A stretch of 61,722 nucleotides of DNA, the filler included, from Collodictyon triciliatum (taxonomy: Eukaryota): NCBI GenBank assembly GCA_043381765.1. It is 6 parts of 6 records of this genome, joined end to end, with 100 filler letters (N's around TTAATTAATTAA, not from the genome) between each part and the next. Parts side by side here need not be neighbours in the genome. Positions count along the whole stretch, not along the records: positions 13,712 to 27,312 come from JBHJMP010001955.1; 5 more parts are not named here. The stretch is one strand, 5' to 3'. The position numbers were made by a program, and so were the translations under genes. The notes beneath the pieces are model-generated. The model saw only the letters and a program-made list of their open reading frames with translations. It did not search any database and was not told the DNA's origin. This document shows, piece after piece, positions 13,848 through 24,400 of this stretch. The stretch's first letter is position 1; every line of letters begins with the position of its first letter.

Positions 13848-16800
13848 TTAAAGAGGTGTCGCAGCATCATTTAAATCCGTCATTTCCGCGTCTTTTTTCG
13901 TTAACTTCCATTTTTTCCTCATGTAATTGATTACAGATGATTCCATCACGAATTCATAAATTATCTGAGCAAATCTTTCTATTTTTATAAGGAAAGACAT
14001 AAGCAAAGCAGGTCCAGCTTTTAGTAAAGAAACGGTTGCAATCAATCCGTTCAACAAAACAACCAGTGCCACAAGAAAATATTCTGAAAATATACTAAGT
14101 TTTGTATATCTGAATAGAAGGCTTGTCATCAAGGTGAAGTAAAGGACTGAAATTGAGTAAAGTTGTGACTTCCTAAGCACGTTGGACATAAATGGCTTGA
14201 AATAAAGAGATGATGCAATCGTCATTAAAAGTAACCATAGTCCGAAGTAAATTTGCAAGGCCGAAGAAAAGAAAATGCTTATCAAAACGACAAGCAGTTT
14301 TTGCATCATAGTCACGATTTCCCAGTAATAGCATTTTTCGGTGTATCCATCAACTAAAAATCGGAGTAAATTATAAGTGCTTGAATTCGGATTAATGAGC
14401 GATGACCTCTTGTAGAACATGTATGCAGAAAGAAAAAGTGGGCCACCAAAACAATACAGAATCACGTAAACGAGAGCGATGTTTTTCCAAGTCACGTAAG
14501 TTGCATCATCACACATTATCGACATGTCAGCCTTCAAGTAACTTTCATCACCAAACCTCTCGCAACGGAAGATGTTTGATATTGACGACATAATGGTGGG
14601 ATGAACAAAAAATAGCATAACCAGCATGGAAAAAATAAACTCCTGGTTGATTTTGAAGAAAGTAACATCTCTGCTATTAATTTGATTGGTTTTTAGTTTC
14701 CACGTCATTTTGGCTGTAACTATAAAAATAACAAGTCCTATCAATATCAGAGGGGTCATCATGGAATACAACACCTTATCATAAATTGTCATTTCGAATC
14801 TGCATTCCATCGGGTATGAATCTATTGATAACGAAAATGAAAAGAGGGCTGGTATTTTCATTATTGAGAATATTGTGGAGCTCCAGTCGACATCGAAGTT
14901 GGCCAGATATGACAAAACTTGGAAATGGGATGCAAGTGTTTTTAGTATCTGTATATTTGCCGTCTTTGGTTGTCTTGATTGCTCTATCATAAACAAAACA
15001 AACAACAGGGGTACTGCAATACTGAGGAATACTAAAAACCCACTCATTCCTTGGTTGGGGCATTTAGCGCAATAAATACCGGTCTTACCAAAACCCTTTT
15101 CACAAACACTGCATAAAGCTCCGGTATATCCTTCAGCACATGTGTTGTTTCCTCCATTACAAGCATCTTCATTTAGGCATTTGTATGCGACATACTCTCC
15201 ATTTGATGTTCGTGCTTGCCAGTATCCTGGTGCGACACTCGGCTGACTGCTTCCATCACAAACAAAACCTTTTGGACAATCTTTGCATTTATTGGTATTT
15301 GAGTAGAGGTATGTAGATGGAAGACATTTACAATTTGAAATAGATACTGAGCCCGTCATATTTGTATATGAGTTTATTGGGCATTCTTTGCAAAATGTTT
15401 GTCCATAGTTTTCATTGTAAGAGCTTGGTGGACATTCATAGCAGTTCTTCTGCTTTTCATACCATCCAGGTTTGCATTCACAAGTAGAGTTTCTGAGTTC
15501 AAATCCAGTACTACAAACACAATCGATTGAATTCACCGAGCCATTATTTTTTGTGGTAAACTTATCTCCGCATGAAAGGCAGAAATTTGTGTCGTTTGCT
15601 GATTTGTATGAACCGAATTTGCAAGGAACACATTTATTGCTATCCTCAAATTGCCCTGGAGGGCATGTGCAAACACCATTGAATAATATGTATGAATCCA
15701 AGCACTTGCAGTTAGTGATTGACTCAGAGCTCTCTTTAGTTGTAGTTGAGCGAGTGGGACATAAGCTACATGATGAACTTCTTTCTGAGCTGTAGCTTCC
15801 ATTTGGACATGAAATGCATGATGATTCATTGAATGAGCCCGTTTTGTTGTTGAATGTTCCAGCTGGACATGATATGCATGATGCTTGACCATCTATATCA
15901 TTCCAAGTACCTTGTGGACATTCAATACATGATTTGTCTCCATATGCGCCGGAGTTTGAGTTGAATGTGCCCCTTCGACAAGCATAACATGATTTCGAGT
16001 CTTTTGCTATTCCTTCTTTTTGATAGAATCCTGGTGAGCATAGCGTGCATGACGAGCTTCTCTCGGAGCTGTAGCTTCCATCCATACACGAAATACATGA
16101 TGATTGATTGAATGCCCCAGTTTTGTCATTGAATGTGCCAGCTGGACATGATATGCATGATGATTGACCATCCTTATCATTCCAAGTACCTTGTGTGCAT
16201 TCAATACATGATAATTCTCCATATGAGCCGGATTTTGAGTTGAATGTGCCATTCGGACAGACATAGCATGATTTGGAGTCTTTTGTGATTCCCTCTTTTT
16301 GATAGAATCCTGGTGAACATGAAATGCACGATGAGCTTCTTTCTGAGCTATAACTTCCATTTGGGCATGAAATGCATGATGATTGATTGAATGAGCCAGT
16401 TTTGTTGTTGAATGTACCAGCTGGACATGATGTGCATGATGCTTGACCATCCTTATCATTCCAAGTACCTTGTGGACATTCCATACATGAAGATTTTTCA
16501 TATGAGCCGGATTTTGAGTTGAATGTGCCTGTTGGACAAGCATAGCATGATTGAGAGTCTTTCATTATTTCTTCTTTTTGATAGAATCCAGGTGAGCACA
16601 AGCTGCATGACGAGCTTCTTTCTGAGCTGTAGCTTCCGTTGTGACATGAAATGCATGATGTTTGATTAAATGAGCCAGCCTTATCGTTATATGTACCAGC
16701 TGGACATAATATGCATGATGCTTGACCTTCTCTATCATTCCAAGTACCTTCTGGACATTCAATGCAGGATAAAGTTCCATATGAGCCGGAGTTTGAGTTG

Positions 16801-19800
16801 AATTTTCCTTTTGGACAAGCAAAGCATGAGCTTGAATCTTTTACTATTACCTCTTCTTGGTAGAATCCTGATAAGCATAAACTGCATGATGAGCTTCCAA
16901 CCGTGCTGTATCTTCCATCCAGACATGTAATGCATGATGATTGGTTAAATGAGCCAGTTTTATCGTTGAACGTTCCAGCTGGACATGATGTGCATGATAC
17001 TTGACCATCCTTATCGTTCCAAGTACCTTGTGGGCATTCAATACATGATTTATTCCCATATGAGCCGGAGTTTGAGTTGAATGTGCCTTTCGGACAAGCA
17101 TAGCATGATTGCGAGTCTTTTGTGATATGTTCTTCTTGATAGAATCCTGAAGAGCATGTGCTGCATGAAGAGCTCCTTTCGGAGCTGTAGCTTCCATTTG
17201 GACATGTAATACATGATGATTGGTTGAATGAACCAGTTTTGTTATTGAATGTACCAGCTGGACATAATGTGCATGATGCTTGACCATCTCTATCATTCCA
17301 AGTACCTTGTGGACATTCAATACATGATTTGTCTCCATACGAGCCGGATTTTGAGTTGAATGTGCCTGTTGGACAAGCATAGCATGATTGAGAGTCTTTC
17401 ATTATTTCTTCTTTTTGATAAAATCCTGGTGAGCATAAGCTGCATGACGAGCTCCTTTCTGAGCTGTAGCCTCCGTTTGAACATGGAACACATTGTGATG
17501 AATTAAATGAGCCAGTTTTGTTGTTGAATGTACCAGCTGAACATGATGTGCATGATACTTGACCATCTATATCATTCCAAGTACCTTTTGGACATTCAAT
17601 ACATGATGAGTTTCCATATGAGCCGGAGTTTGAGTTGTATGTGCCTTTTGGACAAGCAAAGCAGGATTGTGAGTCTTTTTTTATTCCTTCTTCTTGATAG
17701 AATCCTGATAAGCATGAACTGCATGATGAGCTCCTTTCTGAACTATAGCTTCCATCTGGACACAAAATGCATGAAGATTCATCAAAAGAGCCAGTTTTGT
17801 TGTTGAATGTACCAGCTGAACATGATTTGCATGATGCTTGACCATCTATATCATTCCAAGTACCTTTTGGACATTCAATACATGATTTGTTTCCATATGA
17901 TCCAGACTTAAGATTGAATGCGCCTCTTGGACAAGCATAACATGATTGCGAATCTTTAATGATTTCTTCTTTTTGATAGAATCCTGATAGGCATAAGCTA
18001 TATGATGCGCTTCCGACTGAGCTGTAGCTTCCATTTGGACATAAAATGCATGATGATTGATTGGATGAGCCAGTTTTGTTGTTGAATGTGCCAGCTGGAC
18101 ATGATGTGCATGATACTTGACCATCTCTATCGTTCCAAGTGCCTTTTGGACATTCAATACATGATATATTTCTATATGAGCCGGAGTTTGAGTTGAATGT
18201 GCCTTTTGGACAAGCAAAGCATGATTTTGAATCTTTTATCAGTTCCTCTTTTTGATAGAATCCAGATAAGCATAGACTGCATGATGAGCTTCTTTCTGAG
18301 CTGTAGCTTCCATTTGGGCATGAAATACATGATGATTGATTGAATGAACCAGTTTGATTGTTGAATGTACCAGCTTGACACGATGCGCAAGATGCTTGAC
18401 CTTCTCTATCATTCCAAGTGCCTTGTGGACATTCAATGCATGACTTATTTCCATATGAGCCCGAGTTTGAGTTGAATGTGCCTATTGGGCAAGCATAGCA
18501 TGATTGTGTGACTTTTGCGATTCCTTCTCTTTGGTAGAATCCTGATAAGCATAGACTGCATAATGAGCTTCTTTCTGAGCTGTAGCTTCCATTTGAACAT
18601 GAAGTGCACGATGATTGATTATCTGAGCCAGTTTTATTGTTGAATGTACCAGCTGGACATGATGTGCATGAAACTTTACCATCTCTATCATTCCAAGTAC
18701 CTTGTGGGCATTCAATACATGATAATTCTCTATATGAGCCGGAGTTTGAGTTGAATGTGCCTTTTGGACAAGCATAGCATGACTTTGAATCTTTTGTGAT
18801 GTCTTCTTTTTGATAGAATCCTGATAGGCATGGACTGCACGATGCGCTTCTCTCTGAACTGTAGCTTCCATCCAGACATGGGGAACATGAAGATTGACTA
18901 TATGAGCCAGTTTTATCATTATGTGTACCAGCTGGACATGATGTGCATGACGCTTGACCCTCTCTATCATTCCAAGTACCTTTTGGACATTCAATGCATG
19001 ATGATTCTCCATATGAGCCGGAGTTTAAGTTGAATGTGCCTCTTGGACAAGCAAAGCATGATTGTGAGTCTTTGATAATTTCTTCTTTTCGATAGAATCC
19101 TGGTGAACAAAATGTGCATGATGTGCTTCCAGCTGAGCTGTAGCTTCCATCTGGGCATAAAATGCATTGTGATATATTTAATGAACCAGTTTTATTGTTC
19201 ATTGTACCAGCTGGACATAATGTGCATGATGCCTGACCATCTCTATCATTCCAAGTACCTTGTGGACATTCAACACATGATTTATTTCCATATGAGCCAG
19301 AGTTTGAGTTGAATGTGCCTTTTGGACAAGCTTGACACTTTCCGCATTCTTCTCTATCAAAATCTGGTGCAAAATACCCAGGTGAGCACTCTGTACAAGT
19401 TGAGCTACCTCTTATACTGTAACTACCTTGTAAACATTTCATGCATGAATGAATTCCGAATGAGCCCTCGATATTATTGAATGTGCCAGCTGGGCACGAG
19501 GAACAAGAAATTTTTATTTCATCTCCGTATGTTCCAATAGGACATTTTAAGCAGGACTTTGCACTAGTAGCTCCATAATTCGTACTATAAGTTCCGTTAG
19601 GACAGACTAAACATTCTTTTTGACCTTTTAAATCATTATATTTTCCAGGTGGACACAAATCACAAATAAGCTTCCCTGGTTCAGATGAAAATGTTCCTTG
19701 AGAGCAATTTTGACAGTTTTCAATATTAGAAGAACCTATATTTGTATTGTATGTGCCTGCTGGACATAGTTCACAAGCTGTTGATTTTGTTCTGTTTGAG

Positions 19801-21446
19801 TATTGTCCAAAAGAGCATGGCGAGCAGAATTTCTGTCCTCTTGCATTCGAATAAAACCCGGTGGGACATTCATCACATTTATCTTGTCCAGTATTACTAT
19901 TAAAAGTGCCTGGTTCGCATTCAACACAAGATGATGAGCTATTGCTTTTTCTAAAAGGATTGAATGTTCCAGAAGGGCAATAATTACACTCATTTTGACC
20001 ATATTCACTATTGAACAGACCAGCTGGGCAATCTTGGCAAATATTCCTTCCTTTATCGCTATTGTAAGTTCCTGGCTCACATAGATTACATTGAATTTGC
20101 CCCTTTTTATCATTGAATGTTCCTGGTTCACACGATAAGCAATCTTCTATTAGGTTTGAACCATTTAATGAATTGTAAGTTCCAGCTGCGCATAAATTAC
20201 ATGACTTTTGTCCGATATTTGAATTATATGAACCAGCAGGACACGAAAGACAAGCGCTAACACTTGTAGAGCCTATGGATGGGTTGTAAGTACCAGCTGT
20301 GCATGAAATACAAGCACTAACACTTGTAGAGCCCGTGTATGGGTTGTATGTGCCAGTTGGACATAAAATGCATGATTCGATACTCGATGCGCCAATTGAT
20401 GGATTGTATGTGCCAGATGGACATAATTCACATGATTTTGACACAGAATCATAAAACTGGCCAATAATACAAAGTCCCCAAATTTTGATCGTGAGATCAT
20501 CACTTCCTGATACTATTTTTGAGCCATCAGGAGTAACAACAACACTGTTAATATCACTATTATGACCATTCATTGTGCGAATCAAAGTCCCTTCAGAAAA
20601 ATTCCGAATTTTGATTGTAGTATCACTACTTCCGGACACAATTTTTGAGCCATCGGGAGTAACTGCAACACTTGTAATACTAAAAGAAATAATATGACCG
20701 CTCAATGTGCGAATCAAAGCTCCATCAGAAAGATTCCAAATTTTGATTGTAGTATCACTACTTCCGGACACAATGTTTAAGCCATCAGGAGTAATTACAA
20801 CACTTCGAACATTTCCAGTATGACCAGTCAAAGTGAAAAATAAAGCTCCATCAAAAAAATTCCAAATTTTGATTGATTTATCATTGCTTCCAGAAACGAT
20901 TTTTGAGCCATCAGGAGAAACAGCAACACTCCAAACATAACTAGTATGACCAATCAAAGTGCGAATCAAATTTCCGTCAAAAACATTCCAAACTTTGATT
21001 GTAGTATCATAACTGCCAGAAATTATTTTTGAACCATCAGGAGTAACAACTAAGCTGAGAACCCAATTAGTATGACCAGTCAAAGTGCGAATCAAAATTC
21101 CATCAGAAATGTTCCAAAATTTTATATCTTGATAGCTTCCGGAAACAACGTTTGAGCCATCAGGAGTAACAGCAACACTAATAATATCACTTGTATGACC
21201 AGTTAATGTGCGAATCAAAGCTCCATCAGAGAGATTCCAAATTCTAATTGTGATATCAGAGCTTCCAGAAACAATTTTTGAGCCATCAGGAGTAACGGCA
21301 ATACTCCAAACAGTGTCAGTATGAAGAGTTAAGGTGCGAATCAAGAATTCACCTTGCCCTCCAACTTGAAACATTAAGCAGTGAATTATCAATCCTAAAA
21401 TATAACCAATTATAAATTCTAAAATATAGCCAATTATAAATTCCAT
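13848..21446 (-). CDS. Giant intronless membrane protein: signal peptide + 7 WD40 repeats + Cys-rich (GCC2_GCC3/ephrin-receptor-like) repeat stalk + multi-pass TM C-terminal domain
   Basis: Uninterrupted 2532-aa ORF with a hydrophobic N-terminus and seven GH...SVAVTPDGSKIVSGS.D.TIKIW repeats (~21344-20478). These are followed by many CxxCPxGTY/FN units. The C-terminus has ~7-9 hydrophobic segments with YLxADxSIxC and YYWE motifs typical of protist TRP-like/7TM tails. Confidence 0.92.
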   Translation of the reverse strand: MEFIIGYILEFIIGYILGLIIHCLMFQVGGQGEFLIRTLTLHTDTVWSIAVTPDGSKIVSGSSDITIRIWNLSDGALIRTLTGHTSDIISVAVTPDGSNVVSGSYQDIKFWNISDGILIRTLTGHTNWVLSLVVTPDGSKIISGSYDTTIKVWNVFDGNLIRTLIGHTSYVWSVAVSPDGSKIVSGSNDKSIKIWNFFDGALFFTLTGHTGNVRSVVITPDGLNIVSGSSDTTIKIWNLSDGALIRTLSGHIISFSITSVAVTPDGSKIVSGSSDTTIKIRNFSEGTLIRTMNGHNSDINSVVVTPDGSKIVSGSDDLTIKIWGLCIIGQFYDSVSKSCELCPSGTYNPSIGASSIESCILCPTGTYNPYTGSTSVSACISCTAGTYNPSIGSTSVSACLSCPAGSYNSNIGQKSCNLCAAGTYNSLNGSNLIEDCLSCEPGTFNDKKGQIQCNLCEPGTYNSDKGRNICQDCPAGLFNSEYGQNECNYCPSGTFNPFRKSNSSSSCVECEPGTFNSNTGQDKCDECPTGFYSNARGQKFCSPCSFGQYSNRTKSTACELCPAGTYNTNIGSSNIENCQNCSQGTFSSEPGKLICDLCPPGKYNDLKGQKECLVCPNGTYSTNYGATSAKSCLKCPIGTYGDEIKISCSSCPAGTFNNIEGSFGIHSCMKCLQGSYSIRGSSTCTECSPGYFAPDFDREECGKCQACPKGTFNSNSGSYGNKSCVECPQGTWNDRDGQASCTLCPAGTMNNKTGSLNISQCILCPDGSYSSAGSTSCTFCSPGFYRKEEIIKDSQSCFACPRGTFNLNSGSYGESSCIECPKGTWNDREGQASCTSCPAGTHNDKTGSYSQSSCSPCLDGSYSSERSASCSPCLSGFYQKEDITKDSKSCYACPKGTFNSNSGSYRELSCIECPQGTWNDRDGKVSCTSCPAGTFNNKTGSDNQSSCTSCSNGSYSSERSSLCSLCLSGFYQREGIAKVTQSCYACPIGTFNSNSGSYGNKSCIECPQGTWNDREGQASCASCQAGTFNNQTGSFNQSSCISCPNGSYSSERSSSCSLCLSGFYQKEELIKDSKSCFACPKGTFNSNSGSYRNISCIECPKGTWNDRDGQVSCTSCPAGTFNNKTGSSNQSSCILCPNGSYSSVGSASYSLCLSGFYQKEEIIKDSQSCYACPRGAFNLKSGSYGNKSCIECPKGTWNDIDGQASCKSCSAGTFNNKTGSFDESSCILCPDGSYSSERSSSCSSCLSGFYQEEGIKKDSQSCFACPKGTYNSNSGSYGNSSCIECPKGTWNDIDGQVSCTSCSAGTFNNKTGSFNSSQCVPCSNGGYSSERSSSCSLCSPGFYQKEEIMKDSQSCYACPTGTFNSKSGSYGDKSCIECPQGTWNDRDGQASCTLCPAGTFNNKTGSFNQSSCITCPNGSYSSERSSSCSTCSSGFYQEEHITKDSQSCYACPKGTFNSNSGSYGNKSCIECPQGTWNDKDGQVSCTSCPAGTFNDKTGSFNQSSCITCLDGRYSTVGSSSCSLCLSGFYQEEVIVKDSSSCFACPKGKFNSNSGSYGTLSCIECPEGTWNDREGQASCILCPAGTYNDKAGSFNQTSCISCHNGSYSSERSSSCSLCSPGFYQKEEIMKDSQSCYACPTGTFNSKSGSYEKSSCMECPQGTWNDKDGQASCTSCPAGTFNNKTGSFNQSSCISCPNGSYSSERSSSCISCSPGFYQKEGITKDSKSCYVCPNGTFNSKSGSYGELSCIECTQGTWNDKDGQSSCISCPAGTFNDKTGAFNQSSCISCMDGSYSSERSSSCTLCSPGFYQKEGIAKDSKSCYACRRGTFNSNSGAYGDKSCIECPQGTWNDIDGQASCISCPAGTFNNKTGSFNESSCISCPNGSYSSERSSSCSLCPTRSTTTKESSESITNCKCLDSYILFNGVCTCPPGQFEDSNKCVPCKFGSYKSANDTNFCLSCGDKFTTKNNGSVNSIDCVCSTGFELRNSTCECKPGWYEKQKNCYECPPSSYNENYGQTFCKECPINSYTNMTGSVSISNCKCLPSTYLYSNTNKCKDCPKGFVCDGSSQPSVAPGYWQARTSNGEYVAYKCLNEDACNGGNNTCAEGYTGALCSVCEKGFGKTGIYCAKCPNQGMSGFLVFLSIAVPLLFVLFMIEQSRQPKTANIQILKTLASHFQVLSYLANFDVDWSSTIFSIMKIPALFSFSLSIDSYPMECRFEMTIYDKVLYSMMTPLILIGLVIFIVTAKMTWKLKTNQINSRDVTFFKINQEFIFSMLVMLFFVHPTIMSSISNIFRCERFGDESYLKADMSIMCDDATYVTWKNIALVYVILYCFGGPLFLSAYMFYKRSSLINPNSSTYNLLRFLVDGYTEKCYYWEIVTMMQKLLVVLISIFFSSALQIYFGLWLLLMTIASSLYFKPFMSNVLRKSQLYSISVLYFTLMTSLLFRYTKLSIFSEYFLVALVVLLNGLIATVSLLKAGPALLMSFLIKIERFAQIIYEFVMESSVINYMRKKWKLTKKDAEMTDLNDAATPL
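15750..19340 (-). repeat. Coding tandem repeat, 279-nt (93-aa) unit, ~13 copies
   Basis: The marker gatagaatcc (GFYQ) recurs at 16022, 16301, 16580 ... 19091 with an exact 279-nt period; copies are highly similar. Confidence 0.93.
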
Positions 21447-24400
21447 GTATTATCTTCAATATTTAATAAATAAAATCATTTACAAAAAACGCACCTAAAA
21501 GCAAAAAAGCTGTAAAGGACTTTGAGCTTATTCTCATTCTAATTATAGATAAGTAATTAATTTGGTGCTAATATTAATTTTTGGTGAAACATATCTGAAA
21601 AATGAAGATCTTCAGTTAATAAACAATCACTTTTCAGTTACAATAAACTCATTTTATGATATATAAGGACATCATCAATCATAAATAGACTTCACTATCT
21701 TAAATTATAAAGATTTATATTGTAAATATTTATATGAATGAAGTCTAATAGTGTAAACACTACGGTTCATATCAATTAATAAATTTTAAGGAACGATATT
21801 TCCCAGTAAATTGATTAATTTATATTGATTAATTTATATAAATATTATATTATATTTATATTTTAATTTAAAGGAATAATAAATATCATATTAAAAATAA
21901 ATCATTATTATTGGTTTTCAATTCATAAATCTTGTAACTTTATCATCCTCATAGATTAAATTTCATACAGATTTTGATAAATTTAAACTGAACATAATTC
22001 TAATATAAAGTTAAATCTTCATGAATAGAAAATTTGTAATATTATCAATCATATAACGATTTTGTTATGTTAGTAAATTAATCAATAATTTTTAATGTTC
22101 TTAGTTGCATATGAAATCAAAAGAAATTATGCAATGTAAGCTAAGAAAATAAAAGATTTGTAAAAAACATAGGATTATAATATAATAGATGGTTTGAATA
22201 CAAATTTTAGTTAAATTTAAAATCGAAAGTCAGCTGTGAGCAAATCGTTTTGCTTTTTAAGCTAATTTCAAATTTAAGTGAGATTTTTAATATTCAATAT
22301 TGATAATGGTTTTTTTACTTTATTCGATTCAAAGCAATATTGATATTGGTACATTCTCATGAGTTTATAAAAATTTTTAATCAACAAGATCCAAACATAT
22401 ATAATCAAAAAAAAGCGTAGAATATAAAAAAATCATCCTGTTCATGTAGAAAATTTAATTATTCAATGTGATTAGCTTATTTACGGTATAAATGTAGTAC
22501 CATTTGATTTAATTTTTATTCAAACTTTAAAATATCCTGTAAAAAACTAATAATTTGAATCATTTATATAATTTTTCTCATGTATATCTTTATCTAAAAT
22601 TTAGTTAAGTAGAATAATGATTAATAAAAAAGAGTGATTAAATCAGTTATTTAAAATCGAAACGCTTCAATTTACGGTTACGTCTAATTTAATTCACTAA
22701 TTTTCAATAAAACATAAAATTTGCCATAAATTTAAAATGATTCATTTTTATGAAAACTTTAAAAGGCTGTAATAACAAACGAAAATCTGATTCAAAAATT
22801 AGTAGTTTTAAATTTGAACAAGTAAAAGAAGAAGTATTATGTGTTTCGGAAACAATTTTGTATGAATTTATTATTTATGTACTAAAATATCCTTATAATT
22901 TATGAAAATTCTAACGAAATAATTATAAGAAAGCATAACAAGAGCTATCATTCAATCATCAAGTATGAAAAATTATAGGAATCATTCTGTGTGTAATTTT
23001 AAAGAATAAAACAAATAAGTCATTCTAGAAATCTAAATATATATACAAGCATATTCTATATACATTATAAAAGGATTGTTTTATATATATTTGTATGATT
23101 TTTCCAAAAAATAAGGGTTTGAACAGTCCTCCATGTCCTTGGTTAGTCAAAGTTACACTAAAATACATCATATATAGTTTTTTCATTACCTCTGATTAAT
23201 TTGGAATAGAAAGGGGAGGAATGGGTTTGTTGGAATTGATAAATCGACATCTAAATAATCAGGGGAGAAATTGAAAAATATTAGACGATTTTAACAACGA
23301 TTGGTTATCAAATGAAAATTTTTATGAAGTTTTAAACATACACATCATTTTAACTTGTAGAGAATAATAAGGTCAAGTTAGGTGAGGGTTATGGACGTGA
23401 AGCAGTGGATCAAATATTGCAGGTCACTCAAGGGGAGGGGTGGTATATCGTTCAGCGACAAACTATTTTTAAGAAAGGATATGGAATTTGTTTTTCGATT
23501 TGGATAACGGTATGGTTCATATATCAGTAATTTTTTGAAGCCATACTTTATGCAATAATATCTACTAAAAAAATTGAAACGGAATATGATATACGGATGC
23601 CAATATTCTGCAGATAAAAAAGCTTTTCTAATATATCTTAAATTTAAAGAATCTTTTTGTAGATGAAGTATTCAAAAGTCTATAAGCAATAGGATTATTA
23701 AAAACAAACGACATTGCAATGCAGATGCTGTTGACAGACAATTCATCTCAACTAAGCTTAATTAGCACATACATATCTGAGCATTTATATAACATATATT
23801 ACATTATTGATTTCATGTATTTCGTGTTATGATTAAATCTATTAACTTAATAGAAAAGTAACTAGCATAGCCAGACTCTGATTATTCTTAATTTTTAGTT
23901 TTTTTTACTATCATCTTTAGCAATAGTTTTACAAGGGTAATATTCGTAATTAAAAATTATTCGAATTGATATATTTTTATTTTTTTGTAAATAGGCCATG
24001 CTTTCATCTTAATTAAAGTATTCTTAACAAAAACAGAATACATGACTTCCGATAACAGAAATTTACTAATAATATTATGATTTTTTTATTTTTGATGAAG
24101 AATTACTGGACAAAAGACTTGCTTCCAAACATAACACAACACAACCCACCACCCCCACCTTGCGTTGTTTGACCTTTACTTCAGACCATCAGGAAAACTT
24201 GGAGCCACCAATCCAGCACCTCTACCCATCCTCCAATTAGTTGATCGAAACAGTTCCCTTTCCCACGAATTTTGTGTATTTCCCCTTCCATTTCCAGCCG
24301 TATCTGATTTTCATCCATGACCTGAATTTGAACTAATTTCCTATTGAAAATGAATAAATTATATTGAAAATGGCATATTAATTTAAAATTAAACATTTTC

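Noticed and set aside
15750-19340. Regularly spaced repeats as a CRISPR-like array
   Set aside because: Whole 279-nt units are similar and in frame within a CDS; there are no unique spacers and no cas genes.
15533-20503. Many His/Met-rich ORFs overlapping the giant gene
   Set aside because: Alternative-frame shadows of the Cys-rich repeat array.
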